Of a DNA stretch of 64,000 nucleotides, positions 28,027 to 42,400 are shown piece by piece. Where the stretch lies: contig CM082591.2 in assembly GCA_040954595.2 (NCBI GenBank), forward strand, positions 248,001 through 312,000, written 5' to 3'. This DNA comes from Balanoglossus misakiensis (Eukaryota > Animalia > Hemichordata). A program made the translations under genes and the position numbers. The notes beneath the pieces are model-generated. The model saw only the letters and a list, made by a program, of their open reading frames with translations. It did no database searches and was not told the DNA's origin. The first letter of the stretch is position 1. Every line of letters starts with the position of its first letter.

Positions 28027-31000
28027 CTTCAGGGACGAATTAACATATATTATTGATGAGGCCATGTTTTTCAAACTGTGTAAAAAAGATTGCATTATAT
28101 TTTTCGCGAAATCAATCATCGAAATTGAACTTATTTAATCAAATTCAAATAGACTCTGCTCTTAAATCCAGGGTATTATTTTCTTCGAAAAGGCTACCCC
28201 CGCATTATTAAAAAAAAACATAAAGAAAGAAGTAAAACTTGTTTTTAAGACATTACCACCTCAATTCTTATGTTTGATTTTGGCTTTGTTTGATTGTTAT
28301 ATTTTCATTGACTGTGACAAAATATAAAGACAGATCGACGTATACGTAATGATTTCTTTTTGCTTTTCCTCTGCCAGATGCAATTCCATCCTCTATAAGC
28401 TTGATCTGAAATCGAAAACTGCCGACTAGTCTTTCAAGACGACTGACGTCTTCAACTTGTTATTTGCTTCCTTTCATGAACTATAGATTGATTTCTTTTG
28501 AGACATTTGATGACTTGTAGGTTTTATTGACATAAGACGATTTTGTGGTTCCTGGAATCGATCAGTCATTCCAACCGATTTGACGATTTTGATAAAGATT
28601 TTTTTCCAAACATAAAAAAGGCATTGATTTGCATAATGTATCCATTCATCGCTGTCAAATACGACATCGCCTAGTTTATTCTGTCACCAAAACTCAATTG
28701 CTAGAACGATACGAGCATGTCCGTAAAACATTGGAATTATTGTGAATCCAATCAAAATGTTCAAAGACGACCGGAAAGGAAAAAAACGCCTTATCTGAAA
28801 CATTACACTTTGCTTTGTGGCCGTCTATAAACTTGGTACAAAGGAACCGTACGATTCCTCTGTGTTTGATCCAACATTCTAAGAATCCGATTTCCTTAGA
28901 AAGGACGTCACAGAAAGTCTAGTACTTCTTCTTATTTGTAATCATGGTACGAGTTTCAAACCACTTGTGTGCGCAAGTAGAGTCACATCACTAAGCTACT
29001 TTCGTGATCAACACTTCAGATGAGCAAAAAAAAAACGAGTATATCGTCATGGTAATGCATTTTTTTTGTCTTTTCATTTCATGTTTTGTCTGGTGATTTG
29101 GCTACCACAGACCAAAGAAAAGATACTCAGATGGATGTTTCTGATGTATTTTTCATTGCATACTATTTAGACAATCAGTAAGTGAAATTTGATAAGCCGA
29201 ACCTTCAAGAGGCATTAACCCCAACTGAATTGTGCGATTAAACATTGTCAGATAAAAGTTCACTCTGCAGCTCTGTGCATTCAGCACTAACTTAAAACTC
29301 GGTATCAATGGACGGACTCATATCTCCAATTAAAGCATACGTTTTACATACAGTGATTCTATGTAAACCTATACCACCAGTCTTGTTCGCGAAAGCATGA
29401 TTTATCAATCCATGTTCCACAAGCGACCTCTTTATAATGACGTCAGATAAGTGGTGTATCTAGTGCATGGTTACATAGTTTGCGCTGAAATAACATAGCG
29501 CTTTCATTAAACAAGTGAAATCATTGATTGCTCAACGTCTTAGTGGTAAAACAAATAAAGCAGATAATTGAAGTAGACGATGTCAACAGAAATGCCAATG
29601 TTGAACATTCAAACGTTACAGGTATGATTTTGCCAATACTGCGATATTTTTTAAATGTTACGATTACATTTCGTAGCGAGAGTTTAACTGAAAAAAGCAA
29701 ACATCAGGAAAATAACACAGTTTCATTTCAAGTACACTGAGACATAGGAAGACTTGAGACTATGAACGATAGAAAACCCTTTGAGAATGCTGAATTTGGG
29801 GATATCACACGCGCCAATTGGTCTGGTGAGCAAGACAGTTTCAGCTCTATGGCCAGTAAATTTGTTATGCCAGCACGCTCTTTAAGTATTACACGTCCTA
29901 CTAAAACAGATTTGGATGCAAAAAGAACATCGACTTACATTTTGTGCGAATGAGAGCACATGAAGCCTAGGTTCATCAACGTCTATGTACGCACCACTGA
30001 TCTCTCATCACCGGAGTCAGTGCATCGTTGGATGCGTCGACTTATTAAGAGCAAGCTATTCTACTTTCTTCCAACGCAGTTGCGAGCTTGTGGTGATATA
30101 CTGTATACGAACTGTCAATTACAAGGCAACATCAGAGAGGTGAGTTGGTGGGTGTGGCATACTACATCTCTGTTCGTCAAAACTGCAAAATTCTCAATGC
30201 TACATAAACGCATGCGTATAGCCAACACAATCTTTTGTACCTGTCTGTAATTGCTGCATATTTTAAAAGTATCACTTGATATTAGAAGTATCTTATTATT
30301 CAATATTTTTTATTCATGTCATCGTTTTATTCATTTCATTGGTTTTTCCTTGGGCATAAATGCGTTCATCAAACCACATGGAATGGCGTCTCAATTTTGT
30401 TTAAATCTCTAGTGTTCCCATCCGTTCTAGCTCCTAATTAGCCACGGTTGTATTCAACCACCTTCTAAAGCTCACGCATTCAACGTCCCCTTTCCACTTC
30501 CACAATGCATTGTGCGCAACTCAGAGGTAGGTCCAGACAACTCCCATGTATCCTAATCCCTTAGTCCACATTTACATCAAAAACACACTAGCATATGTAA
30601 CAATAACTTTTGTCATGTGGGGAAATTTAAATTTTGGCAATTTCAGCTGCACGGATTACGCGCAAGTGTTGTATCGTCGCTGGTTTGCTTAAAAGGGAAA
30701 TAAAACAATATATTGATTGGGACAATATTTGTTGGAGACAGTTTATTACAAATATGTTCAAGTTTGTCTAGCGGGCATGTTCAGGCCAAAGAATCATTGT
30801 GTGCGTTTTCCCAACTAGTCTTCGTGACATGTGAGTAAACCCAATGAATATAGACTTCGTTTCGGGAATTCATCTTTCTGGAACCCACAAGACTATTGAT
30901 AAATCGAAACATGTATTTAGAACCACTTGAAAGAAACACACAGAGATGACAAATACTTTCTTACATACATTCATGTCTAATAATATTCAATGGTTATGTT

Positions 31001-34000
31001 CGTGCTTGCGGTGAATACCGAGGAATAATTCAAAAGCCATTTTAGTCAGTCGCTTTGTGTGACTCCATTTCTGTTATAATCATTGGCCTGCATTCCTTCC
31101 CTTTGGCGGTAAATCATGCTATTTACATCACATTATACGTTTCTCATTCTCCGATGACATACCCGAAACTAAAATCGCTTTCTTAATATCTGGGCCCACC
31201 ATTCACTCTTGTATTTGATTATACCGATTTGCAACTAACACCGTAGCTATTGACGTTCATGCTATTGACTAGTCATCATGGTTTACTCTTTTCTGAGAAA
31301 CACGGGTTTCCTTTTTCGAAAAGCATTAGAACATTCGGTCCAGTAGCGAGTAATTGACATAATTCGCACTCGGGGTGTTCGTTTGAATATTTTAATGTCT
31401 TGGGGTGAGCTGTACTGACGGTCAAGGTTAGGTTAAGAACCCATTTCGATGGTGGTTCTCGGAAAAAAAGTAGCACTACTTGGCCCTGAATATTTAAGTG
31501 TCTTGTTGATTTTCTTGAGGTACTATCTCTATACGCACTACTACACAACTGTAAATTAGATCCATGTTCAAAACATGCGTGTTCAAGCCAACATACGAAC
31601 CAATCAATGTTCTTTATTATACACTAGCTGACGTCGACAGACCGAACATTATGCTTAGCTGATCTATCGATAATGAACGTTATAGGAAGCGCGTTTTCAG
31701 ATCTACAGAATTTGTGGAAACGTGTATGTTTTAAGCAGAGGATGGGTTTTGACGTTTTTGCTAAGCATCTAGCAAGGTAGACCGACGGTAGAATTTTGTA
31801 TCAAACATCGAGTAACGACATTTTAAGCATGACATTCACAAAAAGCTCTTCTTTGAAGATCTAGTTACATCACTGCAAATACCCTGTGGAGCCGACATTT
31901 GATTGAAGTGACTAAGGCACGACAAGAAACAATCAACAACTCAAACATTGTGAAGAAATATGAGTTTAAATTAAATTTCCTTCGTCTCGACTTTCGCAAT
32001 GGAATGAATTAATATACGTCAGGCAAATAAAATACACAACATTTAAACTACCGATACTATTTGAATTCAAAAATTACGTTAATTTTTCACTCTGGTTGAC
32101 TCTAATTGATACGTGGACAAAGTACAGACGAAAATGAATCACCTATTATGTAAGACGTACACTAAGGTGTATAATTGAACATCTGGTGTTGCAAATACAA
32201 CCACCAGATTTGCAACAAAACCAATAACCATGGTTAACAGACCTAATTTTCAATATCAATTCTTGACGTGTGATCTGACAATTTAGTCAGCAAGATTTCC
32301 AATCCCTTCCAAGTCTATTCACACGAATTTGGCGACTCCTAAAAGCCAGGTCTAATTATTCGCATACCAAATGGTGATGCGGTGTCATATGCAATGCCAT
32401 TTTAATAGGCTTAAGAGACCAGAAACAATTAAGTCACTTCTTGGCGTAGACTGATAACATTGATTCTCCATTGTGGTGACGAAACCTGTGATTTTTATCA
32501 GCTGTATCTCCTGGATGATCACATTTAGTTTAATGAACATTTCAATGTGAAAGAAAGGAATGACGTCACTCGTTAACAACGTCAGAAAGAATCAGAAATC
32601 CGTGAGTGATCTACACAAAGCAGACACTATGGTTAAATTAAAAATTATTAAAGTCATTTTGCTTTTATATCAAAACAAAAATAAACAAAACACAGAGTTT
32701 TCTCACACTCCTGTTTAGGGTATAGGGTCAAAATATAGGATTGGGTTTCTGTGTATTCTCTGCCTTAGGGATTGAGATTTGGAACGTTATTCATGTACCT
32801 CATCTATAATCCATCTGTCCATATCATATAGAGAATGTATCAAGAAAATAGAGGGATTATCTGCTTTGAAGAAGTCCATAAAGAGTGATAAAACTTGGTC
32901 CGAAGATTTGTCATGACACATTTGATGCCAAGGATAAACATTTGTATTATTAATTGCACATTTTAATTTGTTCTTTTGTGGTAAGGTGATTAATACTTGA
33001 AATCCTCCCCAAGCAAACGCGATATTGAATTAGCGACAGATTTTCAAGTTTGTTTTTTTACATGTATGAATTTTCTGGCTTCACTGCTATTTTGATTTGT
33101 TTTACCTTCTCTTTGAAAACGTATGCTGATTAAACACCCCACCAACAGGGTGTCTACGTCTGCATCATGAGATGATGAAATTAAATACAGACAAAGAATG
33201 CATGCTGTTACGAAGTGAATTAGAAGTCTCGCAACAGGGCGGCTCTGCTCATCGGAAACGGACCTCTATATTCTCCGTAGATGTTGAGAACGTTTTCGAA
33301 ATCTGTAATTACCGCCAAGGAATTGCAGCGCACAATCAAACACAATTGAAACAGTATGTGGGCTCCAGTTCTTTGTAGGACACTTTTTATCTCACAGCAT
33401 CAAATTTGAAATGATTTTGTTTACTGCACAAAATAAAAACCAACAAAAAACGTGAGGGTGTAAATGAGAGGAAGCCACCAAACAAAATTTGGTCACATGC
33501 TCTAAAATCACTCAGAGCATTTCTCTCACTCTCATTAGCAACATGCTCGAGTACATGAAGGAAAATGCACCCATATACACTTCAGGAAATCAACAAGAAA
33601 ATCACCTTCATTCATGAAGGTTAGTCTCCCTAGAGGCGATTAAATTGTTATTTTTGAAAAAAAGGGGCTTTTCATTCTGAAAATTGCAGTTTCACTGAGA
33701 ATTGCGGGAGCTTGAATCACATTTCAAACACGCGCTTGGTGTATGGTGTCATTTAATGTATTGAAACCTTAAGAGTCTCTCTTTCTCTCTAATTGAATTA
33801 TTTCAAGGAGAAATTTCAAGATCAGATTTTGACTACACATCAGATTGGTTTTGGTCGATTTCAGTGTTCTAAGCCCTTAAAAACATTCGCAATGTTATAT
33901 ATAGATGTCGGAAATGAACGTTAGGAAATATGACAATAATAATAATCTCTATTGCTATGGCAACAAATAATATGAATTTTGACAATTTTAGTGTTACCTT

Positions 34001-37000
34001 CTGAACGCTAGATAACTGCACTGGATGGAATCTGCTCGAACAAAGTAGGTTAAATTACTTTCTGACAAACTAATTAGATGAAAGTAAGGTCATCGCTTTC
34101 ATCTGATTGAAGTTTTGATCGACTTATTATTAAGGTGACGTGACACAATTCCTTTGTAAAATCCGCAATATATATGTAGTGACTTTTGGACTTCGGTTTT
34201 AATGTTGTAATTCACAGTTATCATGACATAATCAAAAAATAATTTAATAACTTCCAACGGCTGTCTTGTGAAATATGTAAATAGAATCGTTTTAATCATG
34301 GTTTAGTGCTGTTCAATTTGTTTACACGGCGTGAACTAAATATACCTTTACATTTATGCCCTCATTGGTGAATTTTAAATATTACCGACGATTGGCTATG
34401 TTTATGCAAATCTGTGCAAATGACTATGTACAAAATCTGTCAGTTTGTAAAGGTCACGCCCTCTGTCAACAAGCATAGAATTGACACCGAAGCAACTGAC
34501 GTGTTTATCGAATTTTACATGGACATGTAACACAACACAAAATATAAGCCGTTCGATAATCAAGGAGTATTTGTAACGCAATGGCAAAGGTCGAACAGAA
34601 ACAAAATGAATACAGTTCTAAGTTTTATTGAAATCGGTGAGTGACGTCATCGGCAGTGACCGTGTGCTGTCCATGGCAACCCCAGCTATTGAAACCATGG
34701 CGAGTATTTCTTGGAAGTCACGGTTTAAACAAATGCATTCCCTACGGCTTTGACTTCCTATTTCCGAATGAATTGTTCTTTTAAAGACTTGATCTGAGAG
34801 TTATTAGTTATAGAACTGAGGGACTCTAGGGAATTTCTCGAGGACTTTCAAGAAAGATAATTTTCTTAGATTATCACTGACTATTTGAAGCTAAAAGTGG
34901 TCAGAAATCTCGTCAATCCAACGAAAAGTGAAATATTTGTTTGTTTGTTTGTTTTTAAATTCCTATCCTTTTATTTCAAATGTGACTTTAATTTTCTGAA
35001 CGGACACGCATGCGTAGACAGGAAGAAGAAAGCAAACGGACGAACAGACATACAGACAAATCACACTTCTTAGCAGCGTGATACTCCGCACTTGAATAAA
35101 GCACAATTTAAGTAGCATCAAAACTTTCTAGAATTGTAGTTAATCGGTTTTTAAATCAAAATATATTTCACAACCGTTGGTAAGCCAACTGGTTTAATAT
35201 TGGCGGTCTGATAAACGTTTCGCGTCCATTAGTTTCTGGCAAAGTGGTTACTATGGAGATATTTACTTAGATGATGTCTCCAGGAAGCTTACAATCGTTT
35301 AAATCTCTTTAAAAGCTAAACGGGGTATCGTTGCTAGAGTTGTGTGTGGCTAGAATGATTTAGTAGCAGCCTTTTGTGGATTAATTTTCCGATGGCTTGT
35401 GTAGTTTTACATGGATTAAGTAAAAACATTGCTTCTTGGAGTCACATGTGTTTTGACAAACTAAGCCCCATTTTACACTGACGTCATTTCCGGTGATGAT
35501 AATGCTATGTATGTGAATATATATTTATTGGAGAATCAAGCAATCCGTGAATAGACCATTTTCCGAACTCTACGAAACCCTGCGAGATCTCACGTGACTA
35601 GGCAGTTTATATGGGAGGGCATTCTCATGTGAAAAAGGACAAACAACATAGATCGAAATGAGTGGAAAATTATCTATTGATTGGAACACAACAGACAGTA
35701 TACACACTGATGAATGCCCATGTTAAAAGCTACACTCTACCCATTTACCGCAAAATGTGTTTTGTGCTAACCACGTCGTTCAATCATTCATGTAATATAA
35801 AAGACATTTGCAGAAGTGTTCAGTAGTCAAAAGTAAAAGAAATGACGTGATAGTGACGAAGTCAATTTCCCTGAAAACCAGACTCGCGCATATCAAACAA
35901 CATCGTTCTTTTCATAGATTTAAATACTTAGTAAGAATACACTAATAGTATTTCAAACTTAATCAAGCGGAAAAGGTACTTGATATAATTTTGTTAAATT
36001 GGCGGAAATTGCTTCAGACCAATTCATTTGATTTGATAACATTTGATAAATTACTTTGATATTGTCTTGGTATTAAATACTCGCTCTGTATTTTGACTTT
36101 TGCCATTCTGGTGTCGGTGTGTTAGCGGTAGCGAAGCTTTGCTTTCTCTGTCAGAAAAGTTGCGCGAAAGATGTCTGGGTGAGTAATAATCTAACCAAAA
36201 TCGTCTATTATCGTTCTGATTTCATTGTTTTACCCTTCTTCTAGTTTTGTTTACTTCTTTGGAAACATTTCTCCAAATATTTCAATAATATCCATTTGGC
36301 TACTTTGGTTTGTACACGTGTTGTTGTGTTGTTTGTTGTTGTCCGCTAACAAAGATTATATGCTATAAATTGAGAAGTCAATTTCGTGAAATTTTCGTGT
36401 TTATGCCTTTCTGTATATTGTGCATTTATTATTATTGGTTAAATTTAATTCAAGTCTTTCGACATAAATTATACAGCTGTGGTGATCATCTGATGTTCTG
36501 GCTATTTTATCACGCCATATGATAATGTCCACATGGCAGCGCAAGATGAATATAAAATGCTTTCAAAATCTTTAGCAGTTGCTTACATGTGTACGTGACA
36601 TGAACCACGTTCTAGCCATGGTCGCAAAGCATTACATGCCCCCAGTGTGTGATTCACGGCCATTATATGTACCACTTTCTAGGTTATTTTGAAGCTTTAT
36701 AGTGACGCAGAAACTACTTTTCTAGAAAATCAGCCAGATTGCGAGGTCTTTATGGAAGTACACACTTCGAAAATCACAGTGTTTTTCAATTTTTCTCATA
36801 TTTTACTCATAGTTTGGGATTCTTTCTACAATGACGCTACAAGCTCCAGGCAGTGGATTTTGTCTTGGGAAAGTTGCCAATACTACAGTGCACCAATTAT
36901 TTGTCTCTCTCAATTCGAGAATGGGTTTCATCTAATTCCGCGATATACAATAGCATTTACAATCGAGAGCTGGTCATTCAACCTATTACTCCAAGTATTT

Positions 37001-37915
37001 TCTTAATTGGTTTTTAATATCCGGAAATTTCATCATCAAAACCTTGTTGTGTGTTAATTGAATATTAATATCGGAGCGGATTTTTTTTTTACATTATCCT
37101 AAAGAGCCCTAACACAGAATTTTTTTCCAATTGTGAAATCGTTGACAGCAGCTGCAACGTTTCATACCCTTTTCGTGTAGCACGCTCTTGTTCTTTTTGG
37201 CCAGATGGTGTTTTTTTCCTCAAAAATATGACCAGTTATGCAACCACTTTCGACCGAACAGCGAAGAAAGGGCAGGTATCAGATATCGCAGTGACGATCC
37301 GTTAGAAGAAATCGTTGACATTTGAAAAACGTTTACACAGTGTAATAACAAAAAGAAGCCATTGTAGATGTCGCAATCATTATCTTAATATCAGCAACAC
37401 CGCCACCGACGGTACCATAATTATTACATGGTGCATCGAACGCTCGCACGGGTCGTTTGCTCGACCACAGTCTCCCTGACGACCTTGGCGGGCAGAGAAG
37501 GACATGGTGAATTGTGAAGATTCTTCTACTTTAAATATTCCTGTGTAGCTTCAGATGATCGCGCTGTAATTTATCTCTAACTAACATTACTCTCCCGGGA
37601 ATTATTTTTCCAGAATCATGTATCCAGAATCAAATTCAAATCCGTATAAAAAATGTTGAAACATTACTTTTTTAATTCGTGCGGAGTTTTATCTCATGTA
37701 GTCTTTTATCATACCTCCTACAAAAATACGTTGTTTTAGTGATGACGTCAATCAACTAATCAATGGAAAAGGTTTGGCATAGCGCAGATGTGAAAAAAGG
37801 CACTCACGGAAATTACAACTAGACATCACAGCTGGCTTTCAAGTTGGGGAGATTATTTTCTGAAACTAATTCATCATGGCATCTTAATTGTATATTCTGT
37901 TATAGAGTACACAAG

Positions 37916-38548
37916 ATGATGAGTAAGACTACACTTACCCTTCTGGTTGCCTTGTTGTCATCTTTCGCTCATGGTGACCGTGAGAAAAGGTGTGAAGTTA
38001 TCACCGACCCCTTTTGCAGTAACGCAGGTTATAACTTGACCACCTATCCCAATGTGTTCCATCACCAATCCCAGCAAGAAGCTTCGGCAGCCATGGCCAA
38101 GTTTTACAGACTGGTCCTTGAATACTGCACAGAGACTATGTTCTTCTTCATCTGTAGTATGTATACGCCCATATGTATCACCAACTACTACAGAATGTAT
38201 CTTCCCCCATGCCGCCATATCTGTCATCGAGCATTCGACGAGTGCCAGCTACCAGAGGGTCAGACGATGGAAAGTTTCAAGATGGCCGTTATGGCGACCT
38301 CTGGCCTGCAGTGTGACGACTTTCCCGAATTTGGAGACATGGACGAGTTATGTATGGAGGTAAAATTGCCAGCTGAAACACCGAAGCCAGGAGAGGCCGA
38401 CCTATCGGTTGAAACCACACCGAAGCCAACAACAATCACCCTTCCTCCGGGACTGGTAACATCTGTTCCTGCAAAAAGTGACAAACACCTGGTAAACTTT
38501 GATGAATGCAGTTGTCAAATACAGTGCGACTGCCCAGGAGTGCTATGA
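37916..38548 (+). CDS. Secreted Frizzled cysteine-rich-domain-only protein, about 210 aa
   Basis: It has a signal peptide (MMSKTTLTLLVALLSSFAHG) and a 10-Cys Fz CRD (CEVI..PFC...GYNLTTYPN..HHQSQQEA; FFICSMYTPIC; PPCRHIC; CDDFP..GD...LCM). A Pro/Thr-rich linker and CSCQIQCDC follow, then a stop. The acceptor tatag ends at 37905, just upstream. Confidence 0.85.
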   Translation: MMSKTTLTLLVALLSSFAHGDREKRCEVITDPFCSNAGYNLTTYPNVFHHQSQQEASAAMAKFYRLVLEYCTETMFFFICSMYTPICITNYYRMYLPPCRHICHRAFDECQLPEGQTMESFKMAVMATSGLQCDDFPEFGDMDELCMEVKLPAETPKPGEADLSVETTPKPTTITLPPGLVTSVPAKSDKHLVNFDECSCQIQCDCPGVL

Positions 38549-39438
38549 TCATGTGACGTGGTACACACACATTTCAGCCTCCGAGGAAATACTTATACTC
38601 AACGTTTTAAATCTGTAGACTTTTAAAACCTATTCTCTACATGCATGTACCTATCAATTTTCAAGTCAGCGCTATGCCAAATAATAGAATAACAACAAAA
38701 TAAACAAAATAAACGGACTAAATTGGATATCAAATAAAATTTTAATATACACATAAAAAAAGTAAATAATATAAATTCAGATAAATATATGAAAATTTAA
38801 AAACATTATAAAGCAACAGAAAATGAACCATAAAACTTTTCCATGTGTATGTTATGGTGAAGGAAATCAACTTGGCATATATCATGGAACAAGAAAATTC
38901 ACGATGAAAGGATTGGTTACGTATTAAATGGCTTTCTCCTACTGACCAATCACAACATTCGTTTTATTTCACACTATGCTCACGCTGAATTTAGCTCATC
39001 TGTAAGTCTTACATAACAAAGAAACCTCAAAAGTATTTAGTATAATTATATGCAAATATCTGCAAAGATCGCATGCTGCGATATACGTTGGTCACTGAAC
39101 CGCCTTGATTAAATCAATGTGATTAAACAAAAACGATTTCTGGCGAAAAGTTAACTTTTATACAAGGATTTAATCAATATGATGAAACATAAGCGTTTTT
39201 TGGTATCAAATTTCACTTTTGAAAGGAATTAACGAATTCGATGCAATTCATAAGTAATCTTTTCACAGACGAAAGTATACGAATGGTAATTATAAATATT
39301 ATCTTGAAGAACATAGGCCTACATATATTTAAAAAAAGGTCGCTTCACTTAAAACTCTAGGATGAGAGATCACAGTATATTGTATATTGGTACATAAAGT
39401 TTAACGATAAATTTGGGTACCGATGGTAATGTTCACCT

Positions 39439-42400
39439 TTATGATTCTTTGTACAACATCTCAGCGACATTGCAACACCCGCAGTCTTCAAGCGCTTTAA
39501 CTAATTCCTCGAATGTGGCTTCTGAACTTTTCGCCATCTTCCATTTCCTGAGAGTCTGATATGCTTGTTCCTGGGCCCCGGTATAGTCATGTTCAACTTG
39601 GTCAATGGTGACGTCACTAAGTCCCAATGATCGTGCCAATTTTCGCACTTCTCTCGGTGATAGCTGAGATGATATATAATCTAAGATTTTATCTGTGATA
39701 ACCTCAGTGTCGTTTACATCTATGGAATAAAATGATGAATTAAAATGTCAAATCATTGTCATGTAATATATAGACAGTAATTCTTGTCACTTTTGAATTG
39801 TAATCAGTTTAATTTGAATATTTGAGAACACATATGTGGCGGCAAATGTGGCTGAATATGTTCAATTACCTTTTGCGATCCCATTTTCTCTTGGGGTTTT
39901 CTCGGCCATTCCCTGCATGATGAACATCAAGAATATGTTGTATTAGCGAGTAAGGAAGTGAGGCTCACGATATTTTAATCACACACTTCTTGGTCAAATT
40001 TTACACCAATGGGCTAAAATATCAATGGAAATCTCTCTTTATGAATTTATTCCTATGTCAGTAAAATGTGTAGTGTCAGAATTGTTTGTGTGTATTGCAA
40101 GACATTATTCACTCAACCTGTAATAGTTTGTCTGTCAAAGGGCATGGCGTAAAACTTTATCTTTTTTGGCATGTGGTCACCTTCTCATGGGCTTATTGTT
40201 TCCTATAGCTGTAATATAACATGAATTATATGTTTATTTCTAATTACCAGACTTGGCAAATTGACACTGGTCAGTTCCAATATTTGCGAATACGTGTGTT
40301 CAGTCTTTCTTGCTTTCTTGCCGGACGACTGCTGAACGAGCCTAAATTCTCCCATCATGCAACTGGAAATGGTTTCGTCCTTGTCGGCTTTCAAGGGCCT
40401 GGTTACGGTCAGTTGAAAACAGGACGATGAATCTTCGTAAAATTCGTCATTCGCGATATACTACAAAGAAAAAAAACGCAAACAACATTGTAGTCACATT
40501 CCACACTGGCTAATTTAAAATTTCTAGACAGAAACAGGACTCAACCATTCCTGCGAAAACCTACCTCTTGTGGTTTTCTGATTGTCCATTGTTCTGCATC
40601 CTCCAAATATATTTCCATGTAGACATCATGTCGATCAAGCAAATGGAAACGTATTTCTGGTGTACACAATTGACCTCCCAAAGTCTTCTCCGTTTCCTCG
40701 ACACTCTGCAAAAGAAGATTATCAATAAATAGTGGGTTAAACAATAGCAATTATGCATGATCATTGAAACGAGAAGGCCCCAAGGGGTGTCACATTCCTT
40801 TCATTTCTCTGATGATTTTGTACTTGAAAATAAACTTTAACTAACCGTTCTCCTGTCTCTCTCTGGCGATGAGATATAAAGTCTGAACTGAACAATAATT
40901 CGATTTTTCCCATGGTCAACTCTCGAATTATAGTAAGCGTATGTCTTTAATTGTAACTGATGTTTTCTTTTTGGTCCAACACAGCCGAACAGTGTGAAAT
41001 GTGTTGTATTTATGTTGACAAATTTTTCATCGACGTCAAATGTGACCGACAGGTCACAGGTTGTTTCTGTCACATGTGGCGCTGGAATAAACGAAATGTG
41101 TTCATAAGGCGGATTGGTCGATAAATCGATGACGTCATTGCTATACACTGCCTTGAACATGTTGCTGTCGATCTTGGAAACTATTTTCTTGGAAGGACCG
41201 CCTATCTTCACCCTATGAGGTAGTATTATTTGGACAGGTTTCAAGAACTGGAGTCCAGGGGGGCCACATTCAACTAGAGGTGTCACGAAGAAAGACTCTT
41301 CATCTGGACTGGAAAATGCACGAACGTCCACAAAAACTTTGACATAAATTTCTGTAAGCTGGTCCCCCTGAAGTGCGCCCTCTGGTAAAATCAGCTTAAC
41401 GTCAGAATCCATTGACTCCAGTAGCCCGCCCTCATGGTTGAATTGGCCTTTCATTTCTGTCCACATAAGTTTAGTTTGCAAGTCCGTCTGTGCACGTGAC
41501 GAGTGGTGATTGACACTTTCGTCATCACCAGAGGAGTAGTCACTAAACCCCGAGTTAGCCCTTTTGATGTTGGTGTTGGCGCACTTTTCGTTTGTCTTTT
41601 CGATGTCCTCATCCACCGCGGCTGTTGCTAATTCGTATTTCAAGCCGTTCTCTCCTGATGGCATCAGCGGGAAAAGTTCAATGTAATGAGATTTGCCGTA
41701 GATCTCGGATGTAACAATTGCTTCTTCTCTCGAGGGTCTGCTGCACGACAGAGTCTTGAAACACTACAATATAACAGTAATCATAAGATGCATGTTAGAA
41801 AATCATTTATCAGACGCAATCGAGTCCTGAAGAAAAGTGTTCAAGAATAAGATCCAGTACTTACATTCAATTCACACAGCCAGTTGACGTTTGACTTTGT
41901 CTTCTTTTGGTTTACACTCGCCACAATGACTCCAATTACTGCTGAAACAAAAGCCATGGTTCCCAGAACTCCAACAACGTAAATCATAGGTGATTGGCTG
42001 ATGTGGTTGCTGATTCTCAGGTCAGTGTGCGATGTGTTGTCAGTGTAATCGCCGTCACGTTTGACCACAGACAGATATTCCATCTCAGCATCTGTCAATA
42101 GATCAGAAATATTTGGATTGTTGTTACTTTGTTCTAATTATTTATGCTGCATCACGTATTTGTCACATACCCGGTACAAACATTTTATTCAATCATGACG
42201 CCATTCGCTTTCCCAACTGTCATCACGCAGGAATGGGTGCCATGTAGGACCATGAGAGGGGAATTTGATTTCATCAGAAGACCTGAATATAGAAACAACG
42301 TAACACCCACGATTTGTCATATGGCATAGAAAGTGTCATGCTGACGTCAAAAGGCATTGTTGTCATGACGACCACGATTCACCTTTCATTGTAATCCAAC

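Noticed and set aside
27843-28138. Cys/Val-rich ORFs (CCVVL repeats)
   Set aside because: These are translations of the (GTTGT)n microsatellite.
23300-37800. Numerous 60-130 aa ORFs in the long intergenic region
   Set aside because: They show no domain motifs and no consistent splice-phase chains, and their lengths are expected by chance. The region is probably regulatory or contains UTR introns.
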